A DNA stretch of 64,000 nt from a virus (IMGVR_UViG_3300028591_000012:32001-96000), one strand, 5' to 3'; counted from the stretch's first letter, positions 1-11,290 are shown. The notes: a model not told the origin generated them from the letters alone. Numbers and translations: made by a program.

Positions 1-110
1 ACCTCAGTTCGTAACCTATACGGTTGAAGAACAGCAGGTTCCGAAAGACCCAATCGCAGAAATCAATTCCAGACTCACAAACATAGAAAAAACTCTTGGA
101 GGTATAAGAA

Positions 111-347
111 ATGACAAATCCATTTCAGGCAATGCAGGCGTTTACAAATCCGAACAGATTTCTCAGCCAGCAGTTACAGGGGCGTATGAACCAGATGGCT
201 CAGCAGAATCCTCAAGTCTATCATAAAGCTATGGAAATGACACAGGGTAAAACTGAAGAACAGATGAAGCAGACAGCAATAAACCTTGCTCAGCAGCAGG
301 GTGTTGACTTGAAACAGTTTGCGTCTAACTTTGGGATAAATATTTAG
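111..347 (+). CDS. Gln/Met-rich hypothetical phage protein
   Basis: ORF with GGAGG RBS; first gene of a co-oriented cassette. Confidence 0.7.
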   Translation: MTNPFQAMQAFTNPNRFLSQQLQGRMNQMAQQNPQVYHKAMEMTQGKTEEQMKQTAINLAQQQGVDLKQFASNFGINI

Positions 348-498
348 ATAAGACTAGACAAGATTTTAGACAAGTTTATACGTCTGAAAATAAGAGAACT
401 TTAAGAGAAGAATTAAGAGAACAATCGGGCTGTCAGTCCGTAATGAGTTGTTAAGGAATCCTTAACAACTGAAAAACTTAATATAAAAGGAGACGCTT

Positions 499-1170
499 AT
501 GACAGTAAGTGATTCAGGAACCCCTATGGTAATGGGTGGTGATTGTTTCGGTGGCTCTGGCTTTATCTGGGCCTTTCTTATCTTCGCACTCTTAATGGGT
601 AACGGTGGATTCGGATTCGGCGGAAACAACGGAAACTCAAATGCTATTCAGGCAGATGTAAACCGTGGTTTCGATAACCAGAACTTGCAGAACCAGACTC
701 GTGACATTTTGACTGCCGTGAATAACGGTACAGCACAGAGTGTTGCAGCTTCAAACCAGGTATTCCATGACCTCTCAAACAATCTGAGTGACAAGTATTC
801 TGAACTTGCTCGTGATGTAGCTGGTGTGAACGCAAGTATTGCACAGGCTATCGCAAATCAGAATGAATGTTGCTGCTCACAGAAAATGTTAATTGCCGAG
901 ACAGGAGCTGGTATCAATGCAAATCTTGCACAGAACCGCTTTGATGCAGCAATGAACACTGCGGCAATCAACGCAACTACAACTGCTCAGACACAGAAGA
1001 TTTTGGACGTTCTTGCACAGAACAAAATCGAAGCTTTGCAGGGAAAAGTGAATCAGCTTGAATTGCAAAACGCAATGGCTGGAGTTGTAAAATTTCCTAA
1101 TGCCTACACTTATAATGCAGGTTCGGGCCCATTCTGTAACTGTGGTTATGGCTACCCTCTTGTAGCGTAA
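499..1170 (+). CDS. Gly-rich membrane-anchored coiled-coil phage protein
   Basis: AAGGAG RBS; hydrophobic FIWAFLIFALL, GGFGFGG, ECCC motif, C-terminal coiled coil and CNCG. Confidence 0.75.
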   Translation: MTVSDSGTPMVMGGDCFGGSGFIWAFLIFALLMGNGGFGFGGNNGNSNAIQADVNRGFDNQNLQNQTRDILTAVNNGTAQSVAASNQVFHDLSNNLSDKYSELARDVAGVNASIAQAIANQNECCCSQKMLIAETGAGINANLAQNRFDAAMNTAAINATTTAQTQKILDVLAQNKIEALQGKVNQLELQNAMAGVVKFPNAYTYNAGSGPFCNCGYGYPLVA

Positions 1171-1323
1171 TTATCAATTATTTCACGCTATTGATAATCT
1201 TTGTATACAAACTTTATCAGTACGTTGACAACTTTCCTTAAATGTGACTATTTCTGCCAGTTTTGGCATTGACATATATTAGGGGAAATTAGAGGCAATT
1301 AGCGGAAATTTCCCCTATTTTTT

Positions 1324-1659
1324 TTGGAGAAAACTATGTGCGAATGTGACAATGTAACAAGATTTAGAGCTACTTCTGTAGCCGTTGCAGCAGGTGTAAC
1401 TACCATTACCATACCTGCAAGTCCTGTAATTAACCCTGGTGACGTAATTGAGGTTCTTCTTGCCACTCCGATTCCGGCTGGAACAGATGGAACACAGATA
1501 ACCATAACAAACGAAACCATAACAGGTGACCTTATGAATGGCAACGGAAATTATTTCCGACCTAACCCACTTACAAGCAGGACCGTATTCCTTGTTCAAT
1601 ATTTGGATGATCCAGAGCATTTTCAGATTCTTAAAATCTACGGAAAATGCAGGGGGTAG
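1324..1659 (+). CDS. Hypothetical beta-rich protein (true start probably 1336, MCECD)
   Basis: ORF; GGAG precedes the ATG at 1336. Confidence 0.65.
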   Translation: MEKTMCECDNVTRFRATSVAVAAGVTTITIPASPVINPGDVIEVLLATPIPAGTDGTQITITNETITGDLMNGNGNYFRPNPLTSRTVFLVQYLDDPEHFQILKIYGKCRG

Positions 1660-1662
1660 CTT

Positions 1663-2043
1663 ATGAAGTGGGCTATGAAAGAATTGAGAAAGGATTTTAA
1701 GGACTGTCTTTCTGAAATAAACTTCAAAGATTACGACCCTTTTTCAAGAAAGTTTATGAAAGCAGGATTTATCGGTCAGATGTGGATGCTTGTAAAAATG
1801 CTTCACGACGACGATGATGTTGAAGAAGAGCTTGAAGGTGCTGAAACCTATATGGAAAAATGGTTTACTACAGGCGATGTTGCTTTTAGAGATATGGCAA
1901 AAGACGAACTTCGTCACGCTGGTATTCTGATTAAGAAACATTATGAATGGGCTGATGATGAAAAGAAAGCTGTCTTGGAGGAACACGAGAATAAACGTCA
2001 GGAGCTTATGAAACGTCTTGAAAGCGGCTCTAAGGAAGAGTAA
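1663..2043 (+). CDS. Putative ferritin-like four-helix protein
   Basis: EELEGAETY...DELRHA (E and ExxH pattern typical of ferritin-like folds). Confidence 0.45.
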   Translation: MKWAMKELRKDFKDCLSEINFKDYDPFSRKFMKAGFIGQMWMLVKMLHDDDDVEEELEGAETYMEKWFTTGDVAFRDMAKDELRHAGILIKKHYEWADDEKKAVLEEHENKRQELMKRLESGSKEE

Positions 2044-2046
2044 GGA

Positions 2047-2430
2047 GTGCTTATGATGATTAAAAAAGAAGACCTGATAAATGGTGTTGTAAAATACATT
2101 GGCGCAGAACTTATTCCTCAGATAGGAGACAGAAACACAAAGTTTGTTCTTGCTATGGCTAAAGATTCATTAAAACAGGATAACGACCTTGCTGATGAAT
2201 TTTTGAGAAGTCCTATGGTTTCTACGTTGATAAAAGAACAGGATGGAGAATACGATATAAGTCACTTCTTTTCTATATTAAAGGGTGTACTTGCAGAGTA
2301 TAATTCATTCCCTGTTACTATTCCTAAAATACCTCTTTTTTCACCTGTAGAAAAAGTTTTGAAAATAACTGCGGAAGATGTAGATAAATTGATAAAATAC
2401 GTTATGCCGTCAGATGAAGACGATGAATAG
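2047..2430 (+). CDS. Hypothetical protein
   Basis: ORF with AGGAG RBS, in the same operon. Confidence 0.65.
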   Translation: MLMMIKKEDLINGVVKYIGAELIPQIGDRNTKFVLAMAKDSLKQDNDLADEFLRSPMVSTLIKEQDGEYDISHFFSILKGVLAEYNSFPVTIPKIPLFSPVEKVLKITAEDVDKLIKYVMPSDEDDE

Positions 2431-2439
2431 GAGCCTACG

Positions 2440-2871
2440 ATGGACTTAAAAGAAATAAAAGATTTTTTTGCAGAAGTTGATGCCATTCCACAGGAAAAGA
2501 AAGACAGTATAACGAAGTTCCTTTCTGGAGTTTCACTGCTTCTTTCTGATTCTGATAAACTCACTGATTTGTTTTTCAAAGAAGGCGATTTTGAAGAGTT
2601 ATATCAGAACTTTGTGGATTCCATAATTAAGGATGAAAACCTTGTTGAAAAAGATTTGATTCTGAAACGCATTGCAGACGAAAAGGAACTGATTGAGAAA
2701 ATCCACAGGTATTATACCTTGAAAATTGAAATGGGAAAGATTTCTGAACCATTAGGCTTATTCGGTTCTGTAGCACAGGGTGGTTTTGGAAATATGAGCT
2801 TTTTTATGTTAATGTCTGTGTTTGGCGCGAGTAATAGTCTTTCGCCATCAAATGCAATTAAAACAGCTTAA
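2440..2871 (+). CDS. Hypothetical protein
   Basis: ORF with AGGAG RBS, followed by a terminator. Confidence 0.65.
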   Translation: MDLKEIKDFFAEVDAIPQEKKDSITKFLSGVSLLLSDSDKLTDLFFKEGDFEELYQNFVDSIIKDENLVEKDLILKRIADEKELIEKIHRYYTLKIEMGKISEPLGLFGSVAQGGFGNMSFFMLMSVFGASNSLSPSNAIKTA

Positions 2872-2877
2872 TTCTTG

Positions 2878-2899
2878 GGGCAGGAAACTGCCCTTTTTT
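2878..2899 (+). terminator. Intrinsic terminator between convergent gene blocks
   Basis: GGGCAG-GAAA-CTGCCC followed by a T run. Confidence 0.8.
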
Positions 2900-4051
2900 A
2901 TTTATATTGTGGAGCCAGCACTTCTGCAATCTTTACATCTTTTACCTGCTTGAGCCGCGCGTAAAAGTCTATTGCCCTGCCAAGTCTGCTGAACTGGAAA
3001 GACTTCTGTTTCTTTTCTTTGTGGTAGATAGTTACTATGTAATTCTTTCTGTCGCAGACTACTTCGTAAGCAGAACCAACGTGTTTAGAAATTGGAGTAT
3101 CGAACATACAGAAAGCATAACGGAGAAAAAACAGAGATTTAATTTTTGCACTTAATATCTTTTACAAAATTAGCAAACCTTGCATCAACTGGATTTATTT
3201 TATGTAATAATGCTTCATATTTCTGTTTTAATTCTCTGTATTGTTTTTTCATTACCTGTCTACAGTAAGTTTTCTTAATCAGTTCTTTTTTGAGAAAGTT
3301 GATAATAATATCTTTTTCTGCAAGTTCACTTTCTCTTGCTTCAAATGCTCTCTGACAATTACCTTTACAACTTGCCGGATAATCCTGTTCATTCCACCAT
3401 TCTTCAAAAGTCACAATTACACCTCACAATTAAAATCTTTGTAGCCCATATAACCGTATCTTCTTATGGTTGCCCTGCAAGTATGTTTACTGCTGAAATG
3501 AGTCAGATGATAATAACCGCAGAACTTACACTTGTAACTACGTTTAGGAATACTCTTTGGCCGGTGAGAGTTTCTAGCCTTCTTTACCTTTCTTAGTACA
3601 TTACTGGCTTCTTTCTGAGTATAGCAGATTTTGTTTGTTTCTTTGCAGTATTCTCTCATATTTCGTTTTCCGCCAGATACTTGAAGAAATAGCTTAAGGC
3701 CGAATTTATAACAGTTTTTCTATTTTTGTTATAAGGAACGGTAATGTAATAATTAAACTCGTTATTTTTATATACGTGAGAATCTGACTCTGAATTAGAA
3801 ACACCAACTATTCTACTCTTCCATTCTTTATCCCAGTTATATATCTGTACTTTATAAAATTTTGGGGCAGTAACAGGATCGAGTTCGTATTTTTCAGGTT
3901 CAAAATAGTGACTATAAAGCTGGCTGTCCACATTTTCTGTATATTTTCTATAGAACTTCCACGCTTTTTCTTCTGTAGAAAATATACCCACGATATGATT
4001 ATCTTCGTAATCTCCTTCTGTAACTACCCATACACTACTCATAATTTTCTC

Positions 4052-7000
4052 CTATATCTCAATAATCTGTGGTACTATATCTTTAATTTCCTGACTATGA
4101 GAAATTAACAGCGTTACCCTTGCATTTGCATATTTGTGTGCAGAAGTGACCATCTGCATATACTTAGGTCTTGAAGCTCCATCTAAGGAACCGTCAGATT
4201 CATCAATCAGTCTTGTTCTGAAGTTAAAGCCGGTTCTGTTCATCTGTACAATTGAGAAAGCATAGAACAAAGCCTGTTTAAGCCAAATTTTCTCGCCGGA
4301 ACAAACATTGTCTATGGTTTTTTCATCATCATTTTCTGAATCATAAACAATGATATTAAAATCTTCATTGACCTTTCTGTTTGTCTTTAACCCAGCAGTA
4401 GGACCAAAACGTATTTCAAATCTATTTCCATAGCTTTCTTTAAGAATCTTATTTGCTATGTCTGAAATCTCAGGAGCTGACTCTCTAAGTTCTATTGCTG
4501 GAATACCATTATTGCTGAAAGCATCTTCAATGAAATTATACGCTGTTATTTTCTCCTGTAAAGCTTTCAGTTCTTTCTTTTTGTCAGCCACAGATTCAAG
4601 TTCTTTTCTGTAACGCTCGTTTTCCTTTTCGGCAGCCTTAATTGAAGCTGTAATATCACTGAGATAATTGCTTTCACGTCTAAGCTCTTCTTCTGCTTCT
4701 TTAAGTTTATTGGAGACATCTTCAACTACAGGTTTTTCCGCGATATTAGTAAGTTTTGATTGTAAATCTTTAAGCTCTTCTGTAAGCCTATTATGTTCTT
4801 TTACAGCTTCTTCACGAGAGTAATCAAAATATATACGGTTAACATATTCAAGATAATCTGAACAAGCTCGTGATTCAAACTGTAAATCAGCAAGTATAGA
4901 ACTAGCTTCTGCGATATTACCTTCAACTTCCTTTGCGGCAGTATCGTTTTCTTTATACTGACAATTTATGTCGTCAAACTCTGAATTAAGCTTGTTTTTA
5001 GTCTGCTTAAGTTCTTCGAGTTCTTTCTTTGATTTATCAATATGGGCCTGTAACTCATTTATTTTATGTGCGTCCATTGGTTTTCCACAAGTAGGACAAA
5101 CCCCTGTGATTTCAACTATCTGAGACTCACATAATTCTATTGCAGAGTTGACTTTTTCAATTTCAACTTTTTTATTTGACAGGGCAATGTTTAAGTTCAT
5201 AAGATTGTCGCGTAATGAATCAAGTTTTTTATTATTTTCTTCTATATAAACAGTCTTTTCTTCAATGAGAGGTGCGTTTTTAGTAAGAGTTTTATTATAC
5301 TCATCAATCTTATCGTACTCAGACATATTGTTTACTAATTCATTGAATATAATGAGGTTTGCTTCTATTTCATTACAAGATTTTTTATATTGTTTCTTTA
5401 AGGCATTATTAGCTTCGTCTACAGCTTTAGCTTTCTGATATTCAGTATCTTTTACTTTAAGTTCTTTTACTTTCTTTTCAACATAGTCTACAGTTCCTTC
5501 CTGAAGCTCAAGCTTCTTATTCCAGGAAACAATATCCTTTTCATTCTGTTTGATTGTATCTTCATAATGAGAATATGATTCAATTTCAGTTTCAATCTTA
5601 TCTGCTGACTTTTCAATTTCTTTCCTTAATTCTTTTGCAGCTATTGAGACTTCCTTTAAGTGGTCAGTTCCGGCAAGCTTTGACAAAAGTTCCATTCGCT
5701 CACTTTTTGTAGTAACGGAAATATCAGCAGCTTCTTTTGTAGGTTCCTTTGCAAAGAAAGCCGTTCTTAAGAACACATCAATACTTCCAAAAGTTGAGTT
5801 TACCCACTCTTTATAAGCATCTAAAGAGCCGTCTACATCAGATACAGACTTCCAGCTTGTTCTGTCTTTTGAAGTTTCTGCAAAGTATGCAGCCTTACCG
5901 CTTGCAGTTTTACCATCAATAAGGATTGATATTCTGTAATAGAGATTATTTTCATCTTTGTAAATCAATATTCGGTGGCTGTCTTTGAGATAAAAATGTT
6001 CTTTTAATGTACCGTTTCTTGTAAGCATACAAGGATATGGATGGCAGTTTTCCAACAAAGTTGATTTACCGTGTCCATTTGGACCAGCAAGGCATACGAT
6101 ACCGTCTTCCATATTTTCAAAGTTCAGTTCAAAGTCTTCTTTATGCTGGCCGTCTCTTATTCCTATAGCTCCGCGCAATGAAAGTGACAGCAGTTCAAAT
6201 GAGTGCTGCGGATAAGCAAGTTTTGCAAGAGTGCTGTCCTGAATATTCTGCAGCAGTTCCTTTGCGTGTTTAGGAATTATAAGTTCCTTTTCTTTTGCAT
6301 ATTCAGTCATCTTTTCTACAAGAGACTTACGTTTAGAAACTTCACTTACAGGAACAATATCAGATTCAATGATATTAGGTTCTATTTTTACGGACAAAGC
6401 ATTAAGACGTTTTTTAGTTTCTTCTGCATAAGCTTTAATATTTATCTGTTTTCGTTCTTCCCTTGTGCAATCAAAAATAAATCTAATATTTGCCTTTTCA
6501 TTTTGATGTGGATTTCCTTCGATAAAATTATCAGGTCTGTCATAGAAGGTAACAAACCAAGGCAACCCAAATGACACTTCTTCTACCTTAGTTTCATCAT
6601 TCTCTATGGTTACAAGATTGTAGTGACCGTCGTGTACCTCTCCGAAGTTTTTAGGACAGGCTGATCCTGGATACCACGCATTATGAAACACTTCCTGCGG
6701 CATATGAATATGACCCAGAGCATAATAATCAGCATTAAGAGACTGTAAGAGTTGTTTTGGAATAGCAGTAGGAGAAGAAGCTGATACACCATTTTGATAA
6801 ACAGCACCTTTTACTTCACCGTGATACACAACAATGGTATAATTTTGTTTTGCTCCTTTAGCTGATTCTTTAATAAAAGCTTTTATATCATCATTTATAC
6901 GTTTGTCGGTTTCAGATATAGAGCCACCCACATAGTTACTTCTTCTTGGCTCTGGAATACATACTATTTTTACAGTTTCATAACCATTGTCAGCAAGAAT

Positions 7001-7324
7001 AGGTTTAATAACATTCTGCATTGAATCAATTACTTTTGTCTTTTCAGATACAAAACCAGCTAAAGAGCCACTTGGTTCGTGCGTAGGTGTTCCATATATA
7101 AAGAAAAGGAAAGTATATTTTTCAAGCTCTCTTATGGCAGAAATAATGTCAGAAAATCCGCTGCCTTTAGTTGCAGTAATGGTTGAATCCCAGAAGTCTC
7201 CTGCAAATACAATAAAATCAATATCACCTTTCTTACATCTTTCTGTAAGCGTATTAAGAATATGAAGTGTCTGTGGTAATCGCTCTCTTGAAGCGTGAAT
7301 ATCAGCTATATGAATAAAACGCAT
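4052..7324 (-). CDS. SbcD/Mre11 nuclease fused to SbcC/Rad50 ATPase
   Basis: N-terminal metallophosphoesterase motifs (ADIH, AGD, GHIH); Walker A GPNGHGKST; coiled coil with CPTCG zinc hook; CSGE signature; Walker B LIDE; SH. Confidence 0.9.
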   Translation of the reverse strand: MRFIHIADIHASRERLPQTLHILNTLTERCKKGDIDFIVFAGDFWDSTITATKGSGFSDIISAIRELEKYTFLFFIYGTPTHEPSGSLAGFVSEKTKVIDSMQNVIKPILADNGYETVKIVCIPEPRRSNYVGGSISETDKRINDDIKAFIKESAKGAKQNYTIVVYHGEVKGAVYQNGVSASSPTAIPKQLLQSLNADYYALGHIHMPQEVFHNAWYPGSACPKNFGEVHDGHYNLVTIENDETKVEEVSFGLPWFVTFYDRPDNFIEGNPHQNEKANIRFIFDCTREERKQINIKAYAEETKKRLNALSVKIEPNIIESDIVPVSEVSKRKSLVEKMTEYAKEKELIIPKHAKELLQNIQDSTLAKLAYPQHSFELLSLSLRGAIGIRDGQHKEDFELNFENMEDGIVCLAGPNGHGKSTLLENCHPYPCMLTRNGTLKEHFYLKDSHRILIYKDENNLYYRISILIDGKTASGKAAYFAETSKDRTSWKSVSDVDGSLDAYKEWVNSTFGSIDVFLRTAFFAKEPTKEAADISVTTKSERMELLSKLAGTDHLKEVSIAAKELRKEIEKSADKIETEIESYSHYEDTIKQNEKDIVSWNKKLELQEGTVDYVEKKVKELKVKDTEYQKAKAVDEANNALKKQYKKSCNEIEANLIIFNELVNNMSEYDKIDEYNKTLTKNAPLIEEKTVYIEENNKKLDSLRDNLMNLNIALSNKKVEIEKVNSAIELCESQIVEITGVCPTCGKPMDAHKINELQAHIDKSKKELEELKQTKNKLNSEFDDINCQYKENDTAAKEVEGNIAEASSILADLQFESRACSDYLEYVNRIYFDYSREEAVKEHNRLTEELKDLQSKLTNIAEKPVVEDVSNKLKEAEEELRRESNYLSDITASIKAAEKENERYRKELESVADKKKELKALQEKITAYNFIEDAFSNNGIPAIELRESAPEISDIANKILKESYGNRFEIRFGPTAGLKTNRKVNEDFNIIVYDSENDDEKTIDNVCSGEKIWLKQALFYAFSIVQMNRTGFNFRTRLIDESDGSLDGASRPKYMQMVTSAHKYANARVTLLISHSQEIKDIVPQIIEI

Positions 7325-8026
7325 TAAAAAATAATTTCTCCTTAAACTGCTCTTTTTAATAGATTATAGCATACTATTAGTATATTGTAAATCTTTTTTA
7401 ATTACCTACAGTATACTAATAATGATTATTTATTGAATCGCGCAGCTCTTTTCGGGCCTTTAATTTCTGATATTCTGTCTCAGCTTTGCTTGTTACTGAT
7501 TTCAAAGTCTTCAGAGAAGCAATCATATCATCACAGTAAGTCTGAATATCGTCTGTATCTACTTCAAATTCATCTACTGTATCTTTAAGTTTTTCAAATA
7601 CTTTCATTAAGCCTGAATCGTGAAAACAGTTGCCGATTGGTGTTGATTCTTCCTGTTGTATTATCATTATATTTCACCTCTATCTACTTTTTGCCAGAAC
7701 TCAACAGTTGCTTTGTATAATTCTTCGCTGATTTCTTTTGCACACATTATAGAATTAAGTCTTGTTTTTCCGAATCTTCTACCAGGAGAAATAAACCTTT
7801 TTTGCATATATATTATTTTTTTAAGTTTTTCAGAAGGATTTTGATAACCTTTACAACGATGAATAAATCTTAATCTATGTTCATATTCCATTTTATTAGC
7901 ACATTTTAGTGCTATTTCAAACTCTGCTTCATCATTAAAAGCAGAACAATCAACTTTCCCTATCATTCATTACTCCTTTCTTAGAAAAGGAACAGTAACC
8001 ACAGTTGATTACCATTCCTTCTTCGA

Positions 8027-8566
8027 TTAGTCAGTACAAAGTACTTCATCAAGACTAGAAAAACGCAAGCAATCTGGTAGTCTCGACTCGCCTATGCTCG
8101 TCTCGACTAGACTGTACTTATCTTCTCTATTCTCATCTATACTATACTCATCTAATCTATACTGTGCGGACTTTTTCCGGCTTTTTTCCGCCGAAAAGTT
8201 GCAATCATTAACCAATTCATAAGTCTTTGTCCGTTCATCAAAATAAACCTGTGATAATTCTTGCTGAAAGACTGTATCTTTATGCTTACTTGGGCTTATT
8301 TGGTTTTGCTGCCGCCAATGCTTAATCAAAATAATTCCAGATTCAAACTTTAAAATAAAGCCTTTTGTAACCAGTTCTTTAATAGCTTCTTCACCTTCTA
8401 GCTTAGAAAAACCTAAGCTACCTGTAGTTTTGATAACTGTTGAAACAAAACCATCATCGTCTGCTTCAAGATTAAGATAGAAATACAAAATATTTGCGTT
8501 TCTATTCATTGATAAAAAATTATCACTCTCAACTAAACTCCGTGAGAACATTCGACGTTCTGCCAT
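8027..8566 (-). CDS. Phage replisome organiser-like replication protein
   Basis: MAERRMFS...LYFYLNLEADDDGF...ILIKHW N-terminal domain; low-complexity repeated C-terminal linker. Confidence 0.75.
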   Translation of the reverse strand: MAERRMFSRSLVESDNFLSMNRNANILYFYLNLEADDDGFVSTVIKTTGSLGFSKLEGEEAIKELVTKGFILKFESGIILIKHWRQQNQISPSKHKDTVFQQELSQVYFDERTKTYELVNDCNFSAEKSRKKSAQYRLDEYSIDENREDKYSLVETSIGESRLPDCLRFSSLDEVLCTD

Positions 8567-8585
8567 ATATTCCTCCTTATGGCAT

Positions 8586-8840
8586 AAAAAAAAGACCTTA
8601 GAGGAAAGTGCAACATAAAGCTACACCATCCTTTCTGTACGCTTGGTGACCAAACCAAGAATAATGTTATCACAAGGAATACTACGGCTATCCGAAAAGC
8701 CTGTAGGAATGATAACATTCTGTACAGAACGAAGGTTATTACACCTTCCTCTAAAGTCTTTTTACACGGATATTTATTTAGTATTCCTTAAACAAAAGTC
8801 TTTGGTAGCATTTATTGGTTTAGGATTGGTCTTATCCTTC
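8586..8840 (-). ncRNA. C4-like multi-stem antisense/attenuator RNA upstream of the replisome organiser
   Basis: Outer stem (about 8588-8606 with 8746-8764) ending in a U tract; internal segments complementary to adjacent sites (AAGGAATACTA 8674 / TAGTATTCCTT 8779; TATCCG 8689 / CGGATA 8767; GACCAA / TTGGTC 8826). Confidence 0.5.
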
Positions 8841-8888
8841 TGCCACCAAAGACAGTTTACATTCTGGAAAAACATAGCTTAAACCTCT

Positions 8889-9638
8889 TTACTCAATATA
8901 ATAAATCATTCTTATCTTTCTTACTTTGTATCCGAATATCTCTCCTGTTTCATTTATTACTACCTGAACGTGAGTCTTGGTCCTGTCAAAATATTTAGCT
9001 ATATCTTCAGCTCTCGGAAAACATAATTCTTCATCACCTTTTGTTAATATGTATACATTTTTTCCAGAAGGCTTGAACTGAAGGTATTTCTTTTTTCTGT
9101 GGTTGCAGTCATATTTTTCCAAATACCAACGAACCGAGCTTGCATTGAGCTTAAAATGTGCAGCAATTTCTTTTTGCGTATGGTCTTTGGCATACTCTTT
9201 AAATTCCTCTACATCGAAATTGTCATAATTCTTATGTCTCGGAGTTTCAAAACCGTTTGACCTGAGAATAAGATATACTGAATTTATAGATATACCAAAA
9301 TATTCTGAAGTCTGCCTTGCGTTATGTGTGCAGAAATAATCAAACACTTCCTGCGGTTTTACGTTTTTTATAATTGCAATTCCTCTGTCTCTGGCTGCGG
9401 CTTTCTTTGTAATACCATACTTTTCCATTATTTGTTCAACCGTGTGTTTACGACAGTAATCAAAATATTTTTCATCACGTCTGAACCCTCTCGACTTAAA
9501 ACACAGATTGTTAATATAATTCGGTGTAGTTTCATAGTACGCTGCAGTTTCTTTCAGAGTATGTGAGGCCCTGTATTCTAACAATTCACTGATATTATAA
9601 TCTTTCATCATCAACTCCTTTAAGTTCACCTCTTTCAT
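8889..9638 (-). CDS. Protein with repeated HTH-like DNA-binding modules
   Basis: Repeated HTxxExAxxF/Y-type units (HTLKETAAYY, HTQKEIAAHF). Confidence 0.55.
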   Translation of the reverse strand: MKEVNLKELMMKDYNISELLEYRASHTLKETAAYYETTPNYINNLCFKSRGFRRDEKYFDYCRKHTVEQIMEKYGITKKAAARDRGIAIIKNVKPQEVFDYFCTHNARQTSEYFGISINSVYLILRSNGFETPRHKNYDNFDVEEFKEYAKDHTQKEIAAHFKLNASSVRWYLEKYDCNHRKKKYLQFKPSGKNVYILTKGDEELCFPRAEDIAKYFDRTKTHVQVVINETGEIFGYKVRKIRMIYYIE

Positions 9639-10716
9639 TTAACTCTTTCTTCATATCTTCCAGCTCATCTTCCCACATACATTTAATTCTTGCTTGCGGA
9701 CCTTCTGTAAGAAACTTTTTAAGATAATCTAGTTCGCTCTTTGCATAAGGATGCAGTTCGGGGTGAGTTCTGATTGATAATGTATTACGAAATATTCTCT
9801 GAGCATTACGCATTATTGCCGGAACTGACAGCTGAGTTTTATACCTGTCTAAGAGTTCCTGTAATTCTTCGCAGAATTGTTCTTCAGTCATTTTTCACCT
9901 TTTCAAACCATTTGCAACCATAATCTGATGTAGTCCAATCTATCCAATCATAACCGTAATTTTCGGGTCCAAATATAATACAAAAAGATTTAGTTTCAAC
10001 TGAAAATTGTAAAACTCCAATCATAGTTCTTGAGTATTTATCTTTCCAGTTTTCTTCATAAGTTTTATCTTCAAACTCAAATCGTACTTTATCCCCATCA
10101 CAACAAGGTGCTCCGTTTATATCCTGGATATAACCGCCTCTGCAAAGATGTGATTCAATTTCTGGAAGTGAGTTAAGAAAAGTAATTGCCTTATCACAAT
10201 CTTGCTGCCAACAAGGTTTGGATATATTTGTCACAATAGTACCAGCTAAACTAATCTGTTTTTTAATCCAATCTACAAGTTCTTTAGTTTCTTGTTTCAT
10301 AACGACTCCTTAAAAACCAAGAATATGTCTTGTTCTGTCACTACTAAGTAAAACCGTGTAAGCCTCCTTTGTAGGTTCATACCATTTATTTTCATCAGCA
10401 TCTGTAAACGGCATTTTTTCAAAAGGTCTTATTGCTATCTGATTAGAAACAGGTATATCAGATTCACTAACAAGATATTCAAAATCAGTGTGAACTTTCT
10501 GCTCCTCTTTATAGCACCATTCACATAAGCCCTTTGCACATAATTGAGATAACTGTCTGTTAGTCATTAGTTCTTCGTTCATAAATCTTCACCCTCTTTC
10601 ATAACAAGTTCTATAGATTCTTCTATATCAACAAAAGTCTGCTGCCAATTTTTTAACTCTTCTTCAGAGAGAGGTTTACCGCTGAACTTTGATTTTTCTT
10701 CTGCCATAACAATTTC

Positions 10717-10914
10717 CTAAATTACAGTAGAGCCTCTGGCTCCACACCACCCCTCACCCTTGCCTTGTGCAATACCGACCCACTCAATGATTCTGCGGAC
10801 TTTAGATTTACATTCAGGACAGGTCTGTTTATCTTTTAATAAGTCATACTTATCCATAGGAATATCTATCTGAAAGTCTTTTTCACAGTTATCACAAAAG
10901 TATCTGTAGTTCAT
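10717..10914 (-). CDS. FmdB-like zinc-ribbon protein
   Basis: YRYFCDNC...CPECKSKVRR. Confidence 0.65.
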   Translation of the reverse strand: MNYRYFCDNCEKDFQIDIPMDKYDLLKDKQTCPECKSKVRRIIEWVGIAQGKGEGWCGARGSTVI

Positions 10915-10924
10915 TTTTTAATCC

Positions 10925-11290
10925 TTATTTTTTATTTTTACTTATTTCTGATTGTGAAATTTGTAATTGTTGTAATTGAATATAATCCTTCAACTCTTTC
11001 TCAATCCTATCATCGTTATACATCAAGAAAAGGCAGTTACAAATTGCGTGAGCAAGATGAGGCAAACCGTCACCATCTTTTCCGTTATCATCTTTTTCGC
11101 CTTTTATATAAGCTGTAACGTGTCGCATTAAAGCGTCTTTGTAACGGTCAAAATTATCACACTTCTTCCAGTTGTCACGTGAGTATTTGGCAGCTCCGTT
11201 TTCCAAAACTCTTACAACATCTTCAAGCTGTTTAAACGGCATTAAAGACCACTGTAATTTTCCTTTATCATTCTTAGTAAAATCACCCAT
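10925..11290 (-). CDS. dATP/dGTP diphosphohydrolase-like protein (DUF5664 type)
   Basis: KNDKGKLQWSLMP...GAAKYSRDNW...DALMRH...HLAHAICN; start taken at MGDFTK after AGGAG. Confidence 0.8.
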   Translation of the reverse strand: MGDFTKNDKGKLQWSLMPFKQLEDVVRVLENGAAKYSRDNWKKCDNFDRYKDALMRHVTAYIKGEKDDNGKDGDGLPHLAHAICNCLFLMYNDDRIEKELKDYIQLQQLQISQSEISKNKK

